This document shows positions 1 to 12,458 of a stretch of 64,000 nt of DNA, one piece after another; position 1 is the first letter of the stretch; every line of letters starts with the position of its first letter. Source of the stretch: Octopus bimaculoides (Eukaryota). A program made the translations under genes and the position numbers. The stretch lies in the NCBI RefSeq assembly GCF_001194135.2, contig NC_068985.1, forward strand, positions 25,357,254 to 25,421,253, in the 5' to 3' direction. The notes beneath the pieces were generated by a model. It did not search any database, had not been told where the DNA came from, and worked only from the letters and a program-made list of their open reading frames with translations.

Positions 1-303
1 TTAAATCTTTAATATTATATCTTAGCATTACGGAAAGGCAGCTTATCAATGATATTGATTAACTTGGTTTCAGTCTGCTACAATTGTTCTATAATGTTAC
101 TAAATTCACCCTCCTTCCTCCTTTATACATTCCCAAAATTGACACCATTTGGATTAATATAAATAGATTAAAAAAAAAGATTTGAGAACTTTTAATTCAC
201 TCCGTAATTCTAAACTAATGCAAGCTTGCAAGAGATTTTTTTTTTTTTTTTGTTTCATCTAAAATTTAAAAGGTTAAAGAAAATGCTTTATATTTTGTAT
301 CAG

Positions 304-454
304 GTGTGAAACGTATTTTGAAGTCACATGAAGATATGGTCAAAAGCCGTGTTGCAGATTGGGCTCTCGGTGAGGCCTTGGCATTTGGTTCACTTTTAAA
401 AGAAGGGGTTCATGTACGTTTAAGTGGACAAGATGTAGAACGTGGAACTTTTAG
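304..454 (+). CDS. OGDH: OGDH exon (G)[49 protein letters not shown](S); gene continues upstream of the window
   Basis: CAG acceptor at 301-303 and GTGAGT donor at 455. Contains the E1o hallmark [13 protein letters not shown]. Phase 1 to 2. Confidence 0.96.
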
Positions 455-1017
455 GTGAGTTCATCTTTTCTTGTGGTGTAACTTTTAATATATATATATA
501 TATATTTTTCATGTTTTCTTTTTACTTTTATTATTAAAGTTCTTTGGTGGTGGGGTGGGCTGTTGAACTAAGATCACAAGTTTAAACCAAGTTAATGCTT
601 TTTCTCTGAAATTAGGTGTTAACCTTGCTTTAAGTAGTTTGTATATTATGAAAACAGAATTCTTACATAGGAACTCAATCAAAATTATTAAATAAATTTA
701 CTTATTTGAATTTGTAAAATTGTTTTCTTTGTAAGTTGTGCTTTTAAAAATTAACTTGAATTCGATTTAACATATTGCAGTTTGACTGCACTTGATTAGG
801 ATTAAATTTTTGTTTTAGCAAAATGGCTTAATAAAGTTCCTGTCTGGTTTTACTTAATTTTATTTTCCATGTATATAGTATTTTATTCTATTATATATAG
901 CACAATGCTTTACTAATAGTGCTGATTTACAATTTATATGAGTTTTAATACTACACAAAGTATTGTATATAATATTTTTAGAGACTTAACATTATGTATG
1001 TTTTAATTTCATTTCAG

Positions 1018-1145
1018 TCATCGCCACCATGTTTTACATCATCAAAATATAGACAAGAAAACATTCATTAGTCTAAATCACTTGTACCATGACCAAGCCC
1101 AGTACACTGTGTGCAACAGTTCTCTCTCTGAATTTGGAGTTCTTG
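1018..1145 (+). CDS. OGDH: OGDH exon (S)[42 protein letters not shown](G)
   Basis: TTTCAG acceptor, GTGAGT donor, phase 2 to 1. SHRH and NSSLSE motifs. Confidence 0.96.
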
Positions 1146-2049
1146 GTGAGTTGGTCATGTGTATTTTTTTATCTGTAAAATATCCTATTGCTATTAACCA
1201 TTGGGAAAAGTGTATACTTTTGGCTGTTTGGCAGAAGAAGAAATTGCTCTCTAATGAAAGTATTTTACTATTGAATGAATTTTCATTATGATTAATGTTT
1301 TTTTTTTTTTTTTTTTTTTAATTACAAGCATGTTTATGCATGTCGATTTTGCTACTGTGTAGTTGCAGGTTGGATCTGACTAGCATTTTCAGCATTTTCT
1401 GCTATAGTTTCAGCTCATCTAAAACTTCAGCGAAAGGTTGTAGGCAAAAACATTGGAAATATATCTGCAGTCAAGCAAAATCATTATGTTGATACCTAAT
1501 CTATTTCCCTTAATGTTTATGTTTACTTCATACTCCTTCCTTTATAGATTCTATAAAATAAATACCTCACAAAACTTCTCAGAGGCAGTGCTAGAATATG
1601 ACAACAGGCCAATAACTGAACCCAATAAAAGAATATATGTGCATTTTGCTCTCTCTCTCTCTCTCTCTCTCTTTGATTTGGGTTGAATTAAAAATAATTT
1701 TACTTCTAAGGTAGTTTTTTTTTTGCTGCTGTGATCCCTTATTCCTCAACCTATATACTATAGAAAAATCATTTAAAATGCAGAATAGAAAGATAAAGAC
1801 CAATAAAAGAAATTTAAATGTTCTAAGCTACTTTTATTTATCAATAAACCCACTGCGAGTAAAGAAATGGACAGTTTTATTTACTGTTTGCTTTATGTTC
1901 CTTAATTTTTACAAAAGAACAGTTTATAATATAGATTTGAAATGGAGTAAGTTTTTGCATGTTTTTATATTTTTCCTTTTATATTTTATTCTAATATAAT
2001 ATAAATCTTGTTTAAATTTGTAATTTCTATGTTCTTCAACTCTAAATAG

Positions 2050-2228
2050 GTTTTGAACTTGGATACTCAATGACAAACCCAAATTCTTTGGTCATATGGG
2101 AAGCTCAATTTGGAGACTTTCACAATACTGCACAGTGTATTATTGATCAGTTCATTTCAAGTGGTCAAGCCAAATGGGTACGACAAAGTGGTTTAGTAAT
2201 GCTTTTACCTCACGGTTATGAAGGAATG
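2050..2228 (+). CDS. OGDH: OGDH exon (G)[59 protein letters not shown]
   Basis: TAG acceptor, GTACGT donor. WEAQFGDF and LLPHGYEG motifs. Confidence 0.97.
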
Positions 2229-2301
2229 GTACGTATCTAGTTTTTATCTCTTACTCACTTCTTAAAAGTATTTGGGTATTTTTTTTAATGTTTATTATAT
2301 T

Positions 2302-2880
2302 CATCATCATCATTTAATGTCCCTTTTTCATGTTGCATGGGCTGGACAATTTGACATGGGAGCTGGCCAGTTGAGGAGCTGTTCAGACTCTAATTGTCTG
2401 TTGTGGCATGGTTTCTCTGGCAGGATGCCCTTTTTAATGCCGACCACTTTACAGAGTGTACTGGGTGCTTTTTACATGCCACTGGCACATGTGCCTTTAT
2501 GCAGCACTGGCATGAGTGCGTTTTATGCGGCACTGACACCTGTAAAGGACTAGCCAAACGATTTTACTTAGATTAGAGCATCTTCTCTAGTATAGTAAAT
2601 CATCACATCTTCCAGCCCCTTGTCACTTCCTTGGTGAGGCCCTGTGTCTGAAGATCCTTTCTCACCACTTCATCCTATGTCTTCTTGGGTCTACCCCTTC
2701 CACAGGTTCCCTCCACGAGCTCAGCACTTCTTTATGCAGCTGTCCTCATCCATATGCATCACATGACCAAACCAGTGCAGTCTTCTCTCTTTCGTGCTAC
2801 ATTTGATGCCTCTTATTCCCAGTTTTCCTCATAAATCATTTACACTTTGTCATGCATGCACACTGAGATGCTTTATGTTG
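2302..2880 (-). mobile_element. Diverged family A/RTE 3'-end copy in an OGDH intron
   Basis: (CAT)n start, family A core, then RTE-type CATCACATGACCAAACCAG sequence. Confidence 0.7.
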
Positions 2881-3520
2881 TTCTGATTAAATCATATCAA
2901 AGAAGACATTCCTTTAAGTTTTAAAAGAAGTTAGCTAATTAACTTGATGAAACAATATAGTTTTTTTTTTTATTCATAATTTTAACAAATTGTCATTTTA
3001 CATGAAGTAGAATTTCTTATTAATTTCGAAAAATATCCTTTTCTGTTAACATGTTTTTGAGCATTGGCTTTAATTCATTTTCATTTAATTTTGTGTATAT
3101 TTTAATTCTGTAATATACCACTTGTCTGATTAAATATTCCAGTTACATATGTTGTATTCTATAAGTCACACTTGTGCCTTGTAGGCAGTCAGGATGTGTT
3201 GGCTTGCCATAAAAAGGAAGCTTGGCCTTTGAAATACTGTGGTTGCCTTATAAATTATCAGATATTGTAAAAGTCTCAACAAATGCTTAGAAGACTGAAG
3301 AAAAAGGAATTATAACAAAATTTGAAAATTGAAAAGAATTTGTATTTAATGAATGTTTTGTCTTAGATCAACAGTATTGATCCTAAAGAACTAATTTTGT
3401 TTCATATGAGCAGTTGTGATAATTGTTTGTTAAAGTGATATTGTTTAATTTAATTTTTTTTTTTTATCAATGTACCTATCTTCAGAAATGCATTTTCGCA
3501 CTAATGTTTTTCTTCTTCAG

Positions 3521-3592
3521 GGCCCTGAACATTCAAGTGCTCGTTTAGAAAGATTTCTCCAAATGTCCAATGATGATCCTGAATTTTATCCT
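3521..3592 (+). CDS. OGDH: OGDH exon [24 protein letters not shown]
   Basis: TTCTTCAG acceptor, GTAAGT donor, 72 nt in phase 0. GPEHSSAR motif. Confidence 0.96.
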
Positions 3593-3669
3593 GTAAGTTA
3601 AGTACTTCATTGAAAATGCTAACTCCTAATTTGCAGTTTCGAATTGTTTCCCTTGGATTGCATTTTATT

Positions 3670-3935
3670 CATCATCATCATCATCCGTTTTCCATGCGTT
3701 GGACGGTTTGACTGAGGTTTGGAGAGCCAGTGGCTGCACCAGGCTCCAATTTGATCTGGCAGAGTTTCTACAGCTGGATGCCCTTCCTAACACCAACCAC
3801 TCTGAGAGTGTAGTGGGTGCTTTTACGTGCCACGGGAGCCAGTAAGGCGGGCCTGGCAACAAACACATTCAGATGGTGTCTTTTAAGTGCCACTGGCACA
3901 GGAGCCAGTCAGTGGGGTATTGACATCAGTCGCGA
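3670..3935 (-). mobile_element. SINE family A copy in an OGDH intron
   Basis: GGCAGAGTTTCTACAGCTGGATGCCCTTCCTAAC core. Confidence 0.85.
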
Positions 3936-4519
3936 TCGGTTGGCACCCTACCGTAAAGCATTTGCAGAATTCTCTGCAAAAATGTATGACCAGTTAATTT
4001 TTAGTGTAAAATACAACTCAAGTCTATTTCATAATATTGTAAAAGGGTATAAAAAAAAATTCAAAGATTAGAACTCTTCTGAGTTTTAATCTTTGAGTGA
4101 TGTAAAATTTAAGACTGAAAAATAAATATTCTTATATTCTTTAATTCTTTATATACTAAATTTATAGGGATAAAAAAAATGAAGAAAATAATAATAATGT
4201 TCACTAAATATGACTAAATCTGTAAAGTACTGGTAGGCTATGAAATAATTTCCACTCTATTCTTTGTTTTTTGAGACCTCCCTTTCACTGAAAAATAGAT
4301 AGCAACTTTCTCTGTGAAATTTACTTGTAATAGCTTAATATCTGTATATTAGGAGATTGATTCAATGTTAGAGAAACCAGAATTAAGACCCTTCTGCTTC
4401 ACGAAAACGTTTTAACATTAAAAATTTTATAGATGTAGTGACTTCAAACAGTATTTTGTTTGTATTAGAACATATTAGTCATCAGTTGCAATGAAGATAA
4501 TTTTTTGCAATATTTGTAG

Positions 4520-4645
4520 CCTGAAAGTTCAAGTTTTGAAATGCAACAGCTGCACGAGATCAACTGGTTTGTTTGTTACTGCTCTACACCTGCCAACTTA
4601 TTCCATGTGCTAAGGAGACAAGTTGCTCTTCCTTTTCGCAAACCT
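4520..4645 (+). CDS. OGDH: OGDH exon [42 protein letters not shown]
   Basis: TTTGTAG acceptor, GTAAGA donor, 126 nt in phase 0. TPANxFHxLRRQ and FRKP motifs. Confidence 0.95.
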
Positions 4646-5569
4646 GTAAGATTTTAATTATTTTTTCTTTTTCTTCTCAAAACTCTGTTTTCATACTTTG
4701 GTGCAATATTATTGCAACAACTTCAGTTTCGATATGTAGTCTCCATATGAGAATTATTTAGAATTTGAGTAGAATTTTCTTGTAATAAAATTAGTATGTA
4801 TGTAGATAATTGCTGCCACAGCAGCAACAATAATGTCGTGTACCTTGACTTATTCTCAGAATTAGATATATGTTCTTTCATTTTGCAAAACATTAATATA
4901 TTCACTTCACAAGGCTAAGTTATTCTGACTGGCTAGCAATTGATTCCACCTAGAAAGTACAGTTAGGTAACAAACAATCCAAAATCATATTCTGCATGAA
5001 CTAAAGGAGTTACTCTTGTGAGAAAATGTGAATTTACAATGATTTTCATTGTCTAACTATGTTATGTTTCTGATAGCATAATAAAATGTCTTGTCAGGAA
5101 TATGGACTAAGAATTGTTAAAGTGTTGGGATAACTGTTGTGCAGTATTTATTCATGGTCTCTACATTCTGAGTTCAAATCTCACCAAAGTCAAATTTCAT
5201 TTTCTGCTAACAAAAAGACTGTATAAAGATGTAAGAAAAGGATATACCTTATTTGAAATCATGCAGGGTGGGGAAGAGTACAATTGGATGTAAAATAATG
5301 ATTGTACATCAATTTCAATAGCATATTGATCCCACCAATCTGAGAGGGCCTGCAAATATTGTGAGCACTACTCCCTTTTTCTTATTATTTTCAGAAGACA
5401 ACTAATTCTCAGTAAAAGGTGTCATGGAATTCTGAAGAAGGGATGTACGAGTCTGTAGTATATTTGGTTTATAGGACGTTTATGTTAATTTCTAGTTTCT
5501 TAAGAATTGTAGCATTGTAATTTCTGAAGAACTCAGTTGTTTCCTTTCTTTATTTTTCTTTCCGCGTAG

Positions 5570-5806
5570 CTTATCATCATGACTCCAAAGAGTTTATTAC
5601 GTCTGCCAGAAGCCCGATCCAGCTTTGACTTGATGACTGACAATACAGCATTCCAGCGTGTCATTAAAGAAGCAGGTCCTGCCTTGGACAATGCCTCTAA
5701 TGTAAAGAAATTAATTTTTTGTACTGGCAAAGTCTACTATGAACTGGTAAAAGAGCGGGAGAAGTTGAAACTGGTGGATAAGATTGCTATTGCTAGAGTT
5801 GAACAG
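5570..5806 (+). CDS. OGDH: OGDH exon [19 protein letters not shown]...[16 protein letters not shown]...IAIARVEQ
   Basis: TAG acceptor, GTTTGT donor, 237 nt. TPKSLLR and FCTGKVYY motifs; overlaps ORF 5579..5833. Confidence 0.96.
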
Positions 5807-6361
5807 GTTTGTTTATTCTTTATTCCTTTATGATTATGATATTTAATAAAAATAATTATTGTCAAGTTCTGACTTTTTCACACAATCTTTTAAAACATAT
5901 GACGAAAACGTCTCAATGCACAAAGTTAATATTTAATTTAGGTACATAATAGGTTTAAAGTGAAGGTGCATGACTTACTGGTTACCGTGTTTGGCTCATG
6001 ATCATATGGTTGTGGGTTCAATTCGTGAACCAAGCAGCCTGTTGTGTTCTTGAGCAAGGCACTTCATTTCATGTTAATCCATCCAGTTGACTCAGTTGAA
6101 AATGAGTACCAGCCAAATGCTGGTGCATCCTTTTCTCCTTTTAGCTGTCACATCCTTGATGTTCTGTTGGGTCATGGATTGGCTCGCCAAGAGGATGTCT
6201 GTGTCTGCTTCCATCTACTACATAGGCACCTAAAACAAATGGTAATAGTGTTGTATATACTATTAGGCCACACTCATTTGCGGGTGATGGCTAAGCTTAA
6301 GAATGGTTTGAAAACAGATTCTCAAAAACGTTCCCAACTATGGTGTATTTTTGTTTTTCAG

Positions 6362-6525
6362 ATTTCTCCTTTCCCATTTGATTTGGTAAAAGAAGAAATA
6401 ACACAGTATCCTCGAGCTGAAGTTGCTTGGTGTCAAGAAGAACACAAGAACATGGGAGCATGGGGCTATGCTGAACCTCGATTCAGAACTGTTCTTAAAA
6501 AAATGAGTAACAGGAAAGAAGTACA
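6362..6525 (+). CDS. OGDH: OGDH exon [54 protein letters not shown](Q)
   Basis: TTTTTCAG acceptor, GTAAGT donor in phase 2. [10 protein letters not shown] motif. Confidence 0.96.
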
Positions 6526-8113
6526 GTAAGTATAGATTTTGCTTACTTTACACTGCTTTTGTTGATTTTACTAGACATTTATTTATAATCTGTCAAAAAA
6601 TATTTAGATCTTTGTCTTATAGGGAGTGAAGCAAGGCAGTCAGTAATTAAGGTTTGTTTCACAACTACAGGTTTCCAGTTTCAAATTTACTGCATAGTTC
6701 TTTGGGAGAGTTTTTCCTGCTACAACATCTTGAGTGAGGTTTGGTAGATTGAAACTCTGTGAAAGCCTAATGTTGCAGGGTGAAAATGAGTATTGTGTTG
6801 AGCAGGAATATCTCCCTTTATGTCTATAGAGTTATTTGTCTTTCATTTCTCATGAGACTGATAAAATAAGTAACTGGGGTGAATAAAATGAAAAAATAAA
6901 CACTCTTCAAGGCAGAGTTCCAGTATGGCCATAGTTCATTTATTGAAACCAGTTAAAGGATAGTCAATTGAATTGAATACACTTTAATTGAAAGACGGCC
7001 TACCTTTTTTTATTACTTAGAGGAGGAAGGGCAATGTCCATGACATTTTAATTGTAGGGTCTCTGATATTGGTGAGAAGAGATAAGAAAGAACTGAAGAC
7101 CTTGAAATGTTTGCAAGAGATTGCATTCTGCTAAAGTCACTAAGGAGCTTAGTTGTGTTGAAACTGGGCAATAGCAAGTACATTTCAAATGAGAGGTTCT
7201 CCTCGGGTGTCAGTTTCTGTTTTTCCACTTTTCCTCACAAGGTAGTGGCAGGAGACACAGGTCCAACATCACATGCTATAGGATTGAACCCGGAACTATT
7301 TGATTGTTAAGCAAACCCTTTGACCAGATGGCTTGTCAGTGCCCATGTGCTTTTGTTAGAAAATTTTTTTAGAGATTTCAGTGTCTTAAATAACTATTAA
7401 TAATAACTGACAAATAACTATTAAATGTTCTTTATAATTCTTGTGTCTGCAGTATTTCTTAGAATAGTTAACAGTAAATAACTATAACGTTATTTAAATA
7501 ATATTGCTGAAACTATGAGCTGTACTGGAAATAATGCAAAGATGGCCATAGCTTTTTATTAACTGATATAGGTTTTTCAAACTGCACATGTTGGTAGAGT
7601 AACTATTCCTCTGTACAAAGTTACTTGTCAACATTATCTTCATCACAAGTGAGGTATTTGCATCATTGTAGAACCGACTCTTAAACCATCTTTGGCAAAA
7701 TCAGTTGTATGCTTTATCTACTCATGTCTTCACAGCCACTTTCTCCTCATCTCTGTCATCAAATTTTACTTGGCTTGATGGGTCTTCTTCTCAAGCATGG
7801 CATAATGCTAAATAGACTCAGTCATTGCCTCTGTGAGGCCGAACACTCAAAAGGTGCTTTTATGTGCCATTTGCGTGACACCAGTATCTGCCACAACTGC
7901 AGTTTTACTTGGCTTGATGGGTCTTCTTCTCAAGCAGAACAAAATGCCAAAGGTCTTGGTCATTGCCTCTTTCAGGCAATGTAAATTATTTCTAACAGTT
8001 GTACTTTATGGTTTTCATGGCAGTTCTATTTTATTTCTTTCAAACTAAATTTTTACTGTTTTAACTGTCATGGAATATACTTCTTGGTTTAAAAATTTTT
8101 TTTTTTTTTACAG

Positions 8114-8213
8114 ATATGTAGGACGCTATCCTTCAGCAGCTGCTGCAACTGGCAATAAACATATGCATACAATGGAACTGGGTCAGTTCTTAAAGGAAGC
8201 CATGTCAATATAA
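8114..8213 (+). CDS. OGDH: OGDH terminal coding exon (Q)YVGRYPSAAAATGNKHMHTMELGQFLKEAMSI*
   Basis: Poly-T/ACAG acceptor in phase 2. YxGR..SAA.ATG C-terminal motif; TAA stop at 8211-8213. Confidence 0.95.
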
Positions 8214-10320
8214 TAAATTCTCTTGCCAAAATAGTTACCCTGTCTGCTGGTGTGTGTGTGTGTGTGTGTATGCTGTGCATTTGCGCATGTGTGTGTGAGA
8301 AAGAGTGAGTGGAAGTGGAATTGCACTCTTTACTATTGTCAAAAGTAATATTAAAATTTAATAATATAAAATGCCAGTTAGATAGTAACAATAACTATAA
8401 TGGTACTCTTCTGACTCCCCACCTTAATGAAAAACCTAACATATTGGCTCCTTTACAAAGAACTGAAATATTTCTTATTAGTTTCATTCATACAAAAGAA
8501 ATATTTAAATAAATCTTATCTATTACAATCTGTACTTTATTTAGTTTTGTCCCTAATGTTTTAATAATACTTATTTAGAGATACCCAAATATTTATATTT
8601 TTAGTTCACAGATATCCAAATCTATAGATAACTTTATTTCTGGTATCCTTATAGTCATTCTATGAATTGGCTTTACAATGTTTTTCTCCTCTGTTATTTA
8701 TTTATTTCATTCAGTTTGAATTGTGCAAAAAATATGTAAAAGTAACTCCTTAGTTTCAAATAGTTCTTATAAACTTCAAGGATAGAAACTGGGTTTTTTT
8801 AATTGTTTTGTTAAATTGTGTATGTAGGAATAAAATATATAAACTCCTTTATTGAAGTTTAACCAGATATTAATTAGTAAAAATAAAAATTAATTTTATT
8901 AACTTATAAATTATAAGTAAATAAGTGAACATTAGAATATTTCTTTTTCAAGATTGATTTCTGTATCATTACTGTTTATGCAAATTCCTCATGTTATGAT
9001 TACAGTTTTTGTTGATTATTCTTGTGTTCCTTCACTTAAACATTGTAATCTTTTATCAGAATTTTTGTTTCTTTGAATTTGATAGCTGTATTTCTATTAT
9101 AATTTATGATTTAATTTCCAAGAATTGATCTTGTATTGACACGTTTCTAATAGTTTGTGACTCTGTCGGATTTATTAGCAAAGATCATTCTTGTGCCTTA
9201 CAGTTAATTGCTGATTTTAATTCATTATGACGATTATGAATAAACTCAGTTACAAATCCATCATGTGGAGTACATCTGTATTTTTGAATTGAGAAATTGT
9301 TACTTTTTAAAGTAGGTTATTGTTATGATGTTGATTAATTCAAAAGAAACTTAAGTTTATAATAATATAGCTTTAATTTTCCTCAGTAGTAACTGTAATG
9401 AGTGTTAAGAAAATCATTGTTCTAATCATTTATCTTCTGTATATTAAGTTAACCTCTGCTACCACCAAAGGACAAAATTGTTTTCTGAAGAGAAAAAAGG
9501 CAGATTGTTTATAAACAATATTCTTTTGCTTGTATTGAAGTTGTTCCAAGCAATGCTTTTGTCATGTTTGCTCTGGGCATTGTATTGGACTGTTAATTAG
9601 AAATGAGACATTTGAGCACAAATTTATCCACTCATTTGTTATCATTTACACAAAAATCTAACTGTGTGAACAGTTCAAAAAATTTGATGGCATGATGACT
9701 CTGTTCCTTTTAATAATCTGCTGAAGAAACATGGTCATTTTTGTCACTGTTGTATAAATACAAGCAAAAGAATTATGTGTCAATATTGCTACTATTATGA
9801 TCACCACAATAAAAGAGTAGCTGCAACCAAAGGAAATAGATAACCTTTAAAATGGTAATGCTTTTTATGGTATTCAAGAAGTTTACTTGTGTAGAATGGG
9901 CATAAACTTCAGAGTGGATGAGAGATATGTGTTGGAAGAGAGCCACTGGTGACTATTTTGTCCAATATTTTCTGTTTGTGGTAGGCTCATTTCTGTTTTG
10001 TTATTGTCATATGATTATGCATTTATAAATGTCATGGGATGTTAATGTAACTAAGAGTTTCATATGAACTTTTCAGTTTTGTTATGATTGATTTTATTTA
10101 TTTTGATAATTTGTTTTGAACAACTAAGCAAAACTGACTTCTTCAGAAATGATTAGCCTGCAGGGATAGGATATTGAATAAAACTTAAATTGTTCGTAAT
10201 ATGTTAGCAACTTCAATGTAAGTCTTAAAACAGATTGCATCATAAATGTCTGGCTTGTAGGGATAGGATAAAATTAAAATTGTTGAACTATCAAAATAAA
10301 ACTAATAACAATTAATATAA

Positions 10321-10345
10321 AATAAACTTTTATTTTGTGTTGGAG
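10321..10345 (+). promoter_or_regulatory. Candidate OGDH polyadenylation signal (AATAAA plus U/GU-rich downstream tract)
   Basis: AATAAA at 10321-10326 followed by TTTTATTTTGTGTTGG. Other AATAAA hexamers lie near 8212, 8830, 10197, 10617 and 11097, so the real site is uncertain. Confidence 0.35.
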
Positions 10346-10467
10346 CGAAATTGTATTGATACAGATATCTATTTTACTTTGTTGCTTATTATTGTTTTCT
10401 TTCTACATTGCGGACTTATGTAAGATACTTTTAAGTTTTTGACATTTTGAAAAGTCTTTGTAGCATA

Positions 10468-10504
<37 letters not shown>

Positions 10505-10514
10505 NNNNNNNNNN

Positions 10515-10547
<33 letters not shown>

Positions 10548-12458
10548 ATGTATATGTATATGAGAAAAACTGCCTTATTTTTTAATAGCACCTGCATATC
10601 TGTGCTTAAACCTTTCAATAAATCCTGTTCTTTTACAACAAAAAAATTATGTTGTCATTTGCTTTTCTCAAGTGTATGAATATTTTCATTTTACTATTGT
10701 TACATGTATTTTATGACTGTGACTTCTGTTTTCAATTTGCCTTGCATGGATATTCTAGTGTCTGTCTTGATTTTTTTTTTGTTTTCAAGAAGTTACTGGG
10801 AATGAAAATAATTGTATAAAGGGTAAAAATTTAAGAATACCATAAAAATGTTGTTGATATTTTTCTAGTATGGGTCTGTATGGGGTTGTCAAACAAGCTG
10901 GTGAAATAAATAGTATGCTCATTGGGGGGAAAAGTCTTTTAGAAACATACCAGAGTAACAGCATTAAATATTATTAGAACTATATGAAGTAATTTTAGGT
11001 ATACAGTTCTTAGTTTTAATCAAAAGTATTTTAGTGGCAGGGTCAACTGTACCAGAGAAGTTTATAAAATGTTGCTGCAGTTGTGTTTAAAAGTAGAAAT
11101 AAAACTGCTTTAAATTGTTGGATGGGAATTTTCTAAATGTGTAATGTGGAGTATCTTAAAAGATGAAATTCATGTTAATATAAAATTAAAGATATTTGAA
11201 ATTTAGTTTACCAAAATAATTATGATAAAAACCAAAATAATAGTTTCAAGGGGGAGAAATCTTTGAGTATAGGATTCACCTGAAATTTGGGAAACAATTT
11301 TATCAAAACTTTACCTCATGCTTTTTATATTGGCTTCAGTACAGTATGTTCATGGTAAATGGGGATGTGACTAATTAATTGATTTGGTATTTTAGTTTAT
11401 TATTCTTAGATGTAAAAAACTAAAACAGTAAAATTTGAACTGAAACATTTTTGAGTCATTTACAGCAGACGCTTCAAAACTCAGTTATAATACCCAGAAT
11501 CTTCTATAGTTACTTAAAACTAATATAGGTACTCTATGGCCAAAGAAAATTTAAAGTTTCAGTAACTTAAGATCTTTAATTATGATACTTATTCCTTCAG
11601 TAACATTTTTACTGACCTCATCTAACTTCATTTCTTTTGATAATATATAGAAGTAGGTAAAATAAAGAATAAAATTTGATGATGGGCCAAAACTTACTCT
11701 AAATATGTGGTTTGGTATGGCATTGGGGTAGCAGAATAGTTTTGTTTCGCCCTTTTGGTGGAATATTACTTACTTGGAATGTAGTTTGTTATGACAGTAA
11801 AACAGCAATAATATTTGGAATATTTTGTGTTTAGTTACTTATTATTATGATTTTGTTTTTGTGTAGTATTATATAAATTTGCTCTCTTATTCTGTTTCAC
11901 CCAGTAGTTTGAATATCAAAGCTAAATGAAATAAGTATGACTTATCTATAGCATTGAAATTTTGCTTTTAACACTGCAAATGATATAAAAATGTATTTTC
12001 TAGTGAAATTAGTTAACATAACGGTTATGATGACTATCAAATAGATATTGACAATCACAAGGAATAATGTTGAATTACATTATAAAAAAAAAATGTATTC
12101 AGTATCACAAAAATGAAATTAGGATGTGCACTTTTAAATTATTATTAAGGATTTGCTTAGTAAAATTATTTTTTATTCGTGAACTTTTAAGTGCAGTGGT
12201 TTTGTATTTTTTTGAAAGATAAATATATCTAGGTTTGAATAATTTTTAGAATGTCTATATATTAGGGTATATTAAGTTTGTTTTCTTTTGAATGGAACCC
12301 ATAAAAGCAATCATTCTTGCAAATCCTGAACAATAAATTGTTTCATATTTGGTATATGCCTTTGTTGTTAAATTGTTCTCTAACATTATAGATGCATGAA
12401 TGAGAAATTTTCTATAAACATGTACAACTCCAATCATACTGGATTCAGCCAGAATATA

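Noticed and set aside
6044-6361. N-terminal part of the 161-aa ORF 6044..6529
   Set aside because: Intronic read-through; only 6362-6525 is OGDH coding.
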